Shown here in pieces: positions 60,022 to 64,000 of a stretch of DNA of 64,000 nt; positions within the stretch are counted from its first letter, which is position 1, and each line of letters starts with the position of its first letter. Under the pieces are notes generated by a model. The model was not told the DNA's origin, ran no database searches, and saw nothing but the letters and a program-made list of their open reading frames with translations. The DNA is taken from positions 1-64,000 of the IMG/VR virus record IMGVR_UViG_3300024999_000040; one strand, 5' to 3'. The DNA is from a virus. Made by a program: the position numbers and the translations under genes.

Positions 60022-60907
60022 GTCTATAATATATAATATTCAAATTAAAACCGCTTGCCAAAAAGTTGAAGCTGTATAGTAAGGATTATTTATAATATAC
60101 AATATTTAAATTAAAACTTGCAAGCTCAATAAGCACAAAGAAGGTCGTTGGGCATTTATAATATATAGTATTTAAATTAAAACTTTCCAACTTATACCAA
60201 ATGATGGTAATTACTGACACATTTATAATATACAATATTTAAATTAAAACTGATGAAACTAGAGCACTTGATGTAGCTACGAACTTTATAATATATAATA
60301 TTTAAATTAAAATAATCTACAATTTGGGTGAGAGTCTAGTCCAGGAATGTTTATAATATACAATATTTCAATTAAAACGTGGAGCGTAGTAGGATAATTG
60401 TTTTTTGGAACATAATTTATAATATATAATATTTAAATTAAAACGTCTAAACCTGCATCAGTTAGCATTTTATCAAATTCATTTATAATATATAATATTC
60501 AAATTAAAACTGGTAAAGCTGTTAGTAATTGTAAGATAACGGTTGTGTTTATAATATATAGTATTCAAATTAAAACCAGATTGCTTGGGATATGGTATAT
60601 GTGAATTTACATTATTTATAATATATAGTATTTAAATTAAAATAAGGAATTTCCAGTTATCAGCAGTCTGATTTTCGTCATTTATAATATATAGTATTTA
60701 AATTAAAACATTATTTAAAAATGAAAATTATCAAATTCCTGATTGATTTATAATATACAATATTTAAATTAAAACCATATCATATCAATTTGCACAAATA
60801 GTTTATGATATATTTATAATATACAATATTTAAATTAAAACAAGTACTGGAATTAATAAGATATATGTGAAAGCGAAATTTATAATATACAATATTCTAA
60901 TTAAAAC
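60022..60907 (-). CRISPR. CRISPR array, 14 repeats and 13 spacers (33-37 nt)
   Basis: 30-nt repeat, minus-strand consensus GTTTTAATTTAAATATT(G/A)TATATTATAAAT; plus-strand starts at 60022, 60088, 60154, 60221, 60284, 60349, 60415, 60481, 60547, 60614, 60680, 60746, 60812, 60878. Confidence 0.95.
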
Positions 60908-61107
60908 CCATCGTATTTACAAGCCTTATTATTAAAGGCTTTTAGATACTAAAACTATCGATGTATTATTAAATTATCAAAGTTCACATATATTTTACAA
61001 AAATCAAACAAACTAAAGTTCATAGCTATTGATTCTAGTAGGGTTATAATACTTTGTCGATGCATTGGTATTTTTGCATTATATTACATCGACAAAGTAT
61101 TCTTTAA
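60908..61107 (-). promoter_or_regulatory. CRISPR leader
   Basis: AT-rich non-coding region between cas7 and the first repeat, with ACTTTGTCGATG/CATCGACAAAGT and AAGCCTT/AAGGCTT inverted repeats. Confidence 0.65.
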
Positions 61108-62172
61108 TTATATTAATGTATTCTTTAAATATTCAATATAATTATCATAAGTTTTTCCGATAGTAGAAATTATAATTCTTTCATCACCTTCAAAAGTATC
61201 TTTTAAATCTTGTTCTAATTCACCCATAAATCCAGACCTAATGCCTATATATATCTTTGAAATTCTGAATTCTTCATTGTCATCAATGGTTTGTTTTAAA
61301 TATTCAAGATTTAATTTATTCTCTCTAAATATATTACAGAATATTCCACCGCCAATACTATAATCAGCAAGTATTGTAAATTTACTATTTAAATCTTCCA
61401 AATGATTTCCAACATCAGTTCTTAAATGTTGAATTGCTTTTAATGTATGAGAAATTCTATTAAATCTTTCATCTTTACTCAATAGAATATTACCATTTTT
61501 ATCTGCTTGTATTCCTAAAGTAGATAATTCATTTGGTAAAAAATCTACATAACCACATTCATCAGGTTTAATAGTGAATTGTCCAACTCTATCTACTTCA
61601 AAACAGAAAGGCATTGACATTTTACAAGAATAAACTTCTTTAGTATATAATATATTATTAGAATTTGTTTTTTTTGTGCAAAATTCTTCTTGAATCGTAG
61701 TATGTCCTATTGCTTGTAAAGACGAGATAAATAAACATTTATATCTTTTTTTAGTCATAGCTCTAGTATATTTTTTACCCTTTTCTTCGTATAAAGATTG
61801 CTTTTCTTTTGACAATAAATCATAATCTTTTTTATTGATCTCAATAGTTTTAGCTCTCATAAAGCCCATGACATCTTCATCATAATTTATATATGGATTT
61901 GCTTCTATAATAACTGTTTGTTTATCAGCTTCTCCATCTAACTCAATATTTGAGTTCTTATGTCCATATGTATCCCTTACAATTATCTTAATACAATATT
62001 TCATATTTTGAGGACTAGCATATGGGAAAATACCTTCATTACTTTTAATTTTCTTGACATAACTTTTATTTGTAGTCCCTCCTGTAGCTTTTCCTTCAAC
62101 TTCTTTACTGCTCATGTTTAACCTTGCATTTCTCGTTTCTATTGCTGTAATTCCCTGCAAAAATCTTGTCAT
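61108..62172 (-). CDS. cas7: Type I-B Cas7 (Cst2/DevR-like)
   Basis: KKI...PYASPQ, ANPY...EDVMGFMRA, ISSL, RVG.F motifs. Confidence 0.8.
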   Translation of the reverse strand: MTRFLQGITAIETRNARLNMSSKEVEGKATGGTTNKSYVKKIKSNEGIFPYASPQNMKYCIKIIVRDTYGHKNSNIELDGEADKQTVIIEANPYINYDEDVMGFMRAKTIEINKKDYDLLSKEKQSLYEEKGKKYTRAMTKKRYKCLFISSLQAIGHTTIQEEFCTKKTNSNNILYTKEVYSCKMSMPFCFEVDRVGQFTIKPDECGYVDFLPNELSTLGIQADKNGNILLSKDERFNRISHTLKAIQHLRTDVGNHLEDLNSKFTILADYSIGGGIFCNIFRENKLNLEYLKQTIDDNEEFRISKIYIGIRSGFMGELEQDLKDTFEGDERIIISTIGKTYDNYIEYLKNTLI

Positions 62173-62218
62173 AACAATAATCTCCTTTTAAAAATTTTAT
62201 TTGAATTTATTTTAATAA

Positions 62219-63316
62219 TTACTGCATAGTTATTCTGAATTGAAGAGAAGTTTTATAATCTTTCCATTTTCTAAAATTTAAAACTTCTTCCATTTCATCT
62301 AAGTTAGATAGAATATTTAAACTTTCTTGATATTTAAGCAAAAAATCTTGAAATTTAGATTTATTATCACAACATCTTAGTTGTTTAGACAGTTCTTTAC
62401 TATCTTCTGATTCAAGTAACTTTATACATATCTTATTAACAATTTCTTTTTGCTTTTCTGTCATTTCATAATCCTCCAATAATTCATATAATTCTTTTGA
62501 GCAATTTTTATTATATTTTAATAATGTATTTGTAAAACTACTTTTATTTATCAAATTATAAAATAAACCTAGTTCAATAAATTCATGTAGTAATTGAGAT
62601 GATTTTAAATCTGATAATAAATTATAATCTTTTCTATTAAGAACTTTTTCATCATAAAAAACATTTTGTCCATTTGCAATGCAGTGTTGAGATAAGTAAT
62701 TTGAATTAAACATATCTTGAATTCGCTTTATATTTAAACAAGTTTCAATGTAATTATCAGTTTTCTTTATTTTAACATCAATTAATTGATTCTTGTCTAT
62801 TTTAAGTTGTTGTTGATTAGTTATATATCTCATGGCTTCATCTGAGTCACTATTATACAATATAGCAGAACCAATTCTTTGATTATTTAAAACACTTATT
62901 AAAGATAAATAAACACAAATCGGACATATATCTACATGCTTTAAATTACTAGCATGGTTAAAAAAAGTTTGTGATACCAAGTTAGCTATATATTTTCTAT
63001 CCACTTCTATATTAGTGTTAACTTGTTTTTCTCCACAGATTATACAATATTTATGATTAGATATATTATTTAATAATTCTCTCATAACTTCTTCTATGGA
63101 TTTTTTAGATTTAGTCTGAGTTAATATAGAATTAAAATGTGTTAATGCTTGACAAATGTCTACTCCTTCAGATTTTATTGCAGATTGTATTTTAGCACTT
63201 ATAATTTTATTATTTTCAAATAAATCTTGAATAGTAATTTCTGAATAAGGTTTCTTTATTATATTTTCTAAAACAAATAATCCATTATCAACTTGATAGT
63301 GATATGTTCTTTTCAT
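62219..63316 (-). CDS. cas8b1: Compact Cas8b1/Cst1-like large subunit (CxxC-CxxC) with probable internal Cas11 start at 62464
   Basis: VDNGL start, CIICG and ICPIC motifs, located between cas6 and cas7; GGAGG-8 nt-ATG internal RBS. Confidence 0.7.
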   Translation of the reverse strand: MKRTYHYQVDNGLFVLENIIKKPYSEITIQDLFENNKIISAKIQSAIKSEGVDICQALTHFNSILTQTKSKKSIEEVMRELLNNISNHKYCIICGEKQVNTNIEVDRKYIANLVSQTFFNHASNLKHVDICPICVYLSLISVLNNQRIGSAILYNSDSDEAMRYITNQQQLKIDKNQLIDVKIKKTDNYIETCLNIKRIQDMFNSNYLSQHCIANGQNVFYDEKVLNRKDYNLLSDLKSSQLLHEFIELGLFYNLINKSSFTNTLLKYNKNCSKELYELLEDYEMTEKQKEIVNKICIKLLESEDSKELSKQLRCCDNKSKFQDFLLKYQESLNILSNLDEMEEVLNFRKWKDYKTSLQFRITMQ

Positions 63317-63997
63317 TTAAGCCTCTTTTCTGGAAGTTATATAACTTAAACATCCAGCTCCCGAACTTGAATTTTGTCCTAATCCTAAATAATATATTAT
63401 CTTTTGCATTTTAGGAGAAGTTTGCACCCACACATTATATATATAACCGTTATTGTAGATTTCTTTTACTTTAAAACTTTTTGATTTTATCTCATCTATA
63501 TCATCTATATCAAAGAAAATTTCACCTTTAAAATCTTCTTGATATATTAGTTTATACTTCCTTTTAGCATTTTCAATGAGATTTTTATAATATAAACTTT
63601 CATAAACCGTAAGAGTATATGGCTTACAATTATCATCTTTAGAAGTTTCTATTACTGGACTAAGAGCCTTATATAACATTATGTTATTAAAAAGTACTGA
63701 CTTATCAACTTTAATATCTTTTAATATAAATTCATTGTCTTGTAATTTTATTTTTTTTGCATGAAGAATACCCTTAATGATTTTTTTGATAATATCTTCT
63801 TTACCAGAAATAATAAGTTTTAATATTGTATATTTATTTATTTTTATACCTTGTTTTGTAAAATGAGCATTCTCAAATAATAAAGTGAAGTTAAATAATT
63901 TATATATATGTCCTGATTCAACTCTATAACCTTGATTATGTAACATTTTTTCTAATATTTGATCAGATATTGATAAATAATAGTAACAATTTTTCAT
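63317..63997 (-). CDS. cas6: CRISPR endoribonuclease Cas6 (may extend beyond the window)
   Basis: LHNQGY...YKLFNF, LSPV, NLIENAKRKY, C-terminal Gly loop GLGQNSSSGAG. Confidence 0.88.
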   Translation of the reverse strand: MKNCYYYLSISDQILEKMLHNQGYRVESGHIYKLFNFTLLFENAHFTKQGIKINKYTILKLIISGKEDIIKKIIKGILHAKKIKLQDNEFILKDIKVDKSVLFNNIMLYKALSPVIETSKDDNCKPYTLTVYESLYYKNLIENAKRKYKLIYQEDFKGEIFFDIDDIDEIKSKSFKVKEIYNNGYIYNVWVQTSPKMQKIIYYLGLGQNSSSGAGCLSYITSRKEA

Positions 63998-64000
63998 AAC

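Noticed and set aside
60052-60877. Self-targeting spacers
   Set aside because: Only short chance matches were seen by eye; an exhaustive alignment could not be run.

Overview
Very AT-rich 64-kb segment of a large temperate siphovirus of a Firmicutes (probably clostridial) host, with SPbeta-like gene organisation. It contains many tail-fibre/receptor-binding genes, a tape-measure gene split by a LAGLIDADG-bearing group I intron, Dit/Tal-type tail genes and a lysis module. An integrase and excisionase flank an attP whose core is the 3' half of tRNA-Cys, so the phage appears to be in its excised form. The right end holds a compact type I-B CRISPR-Cas locus (cas6-cas8-cas7-array-cas3, 14 repeats) with no cas5 or cas1/2/4 in view. 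Selfish elements include two IscB/omega-RNA elements whose empty sites can be reconstructed, one IS66 with an 8-bp target duplication, and several homing-type endonucleases. Candidates for undescribed biology: (1) a 220-aa helical protein followed by a ~400-nt end-paired RNA with an internal 8-nt tandem array; (2) 13 dispersed ATAAAA-N6-TTTTAT palindromes, most just after stop codons, delimiting gene cassettes; (3) a duplicated module whose downstream gene body is swapped at a recombination-like site with matching inverted sites at gene ends; (4) an Agr-like peptide module; (5) a second large pseudoknotted RNA. All family assignments come from motif recognition by eye; no searches were run.
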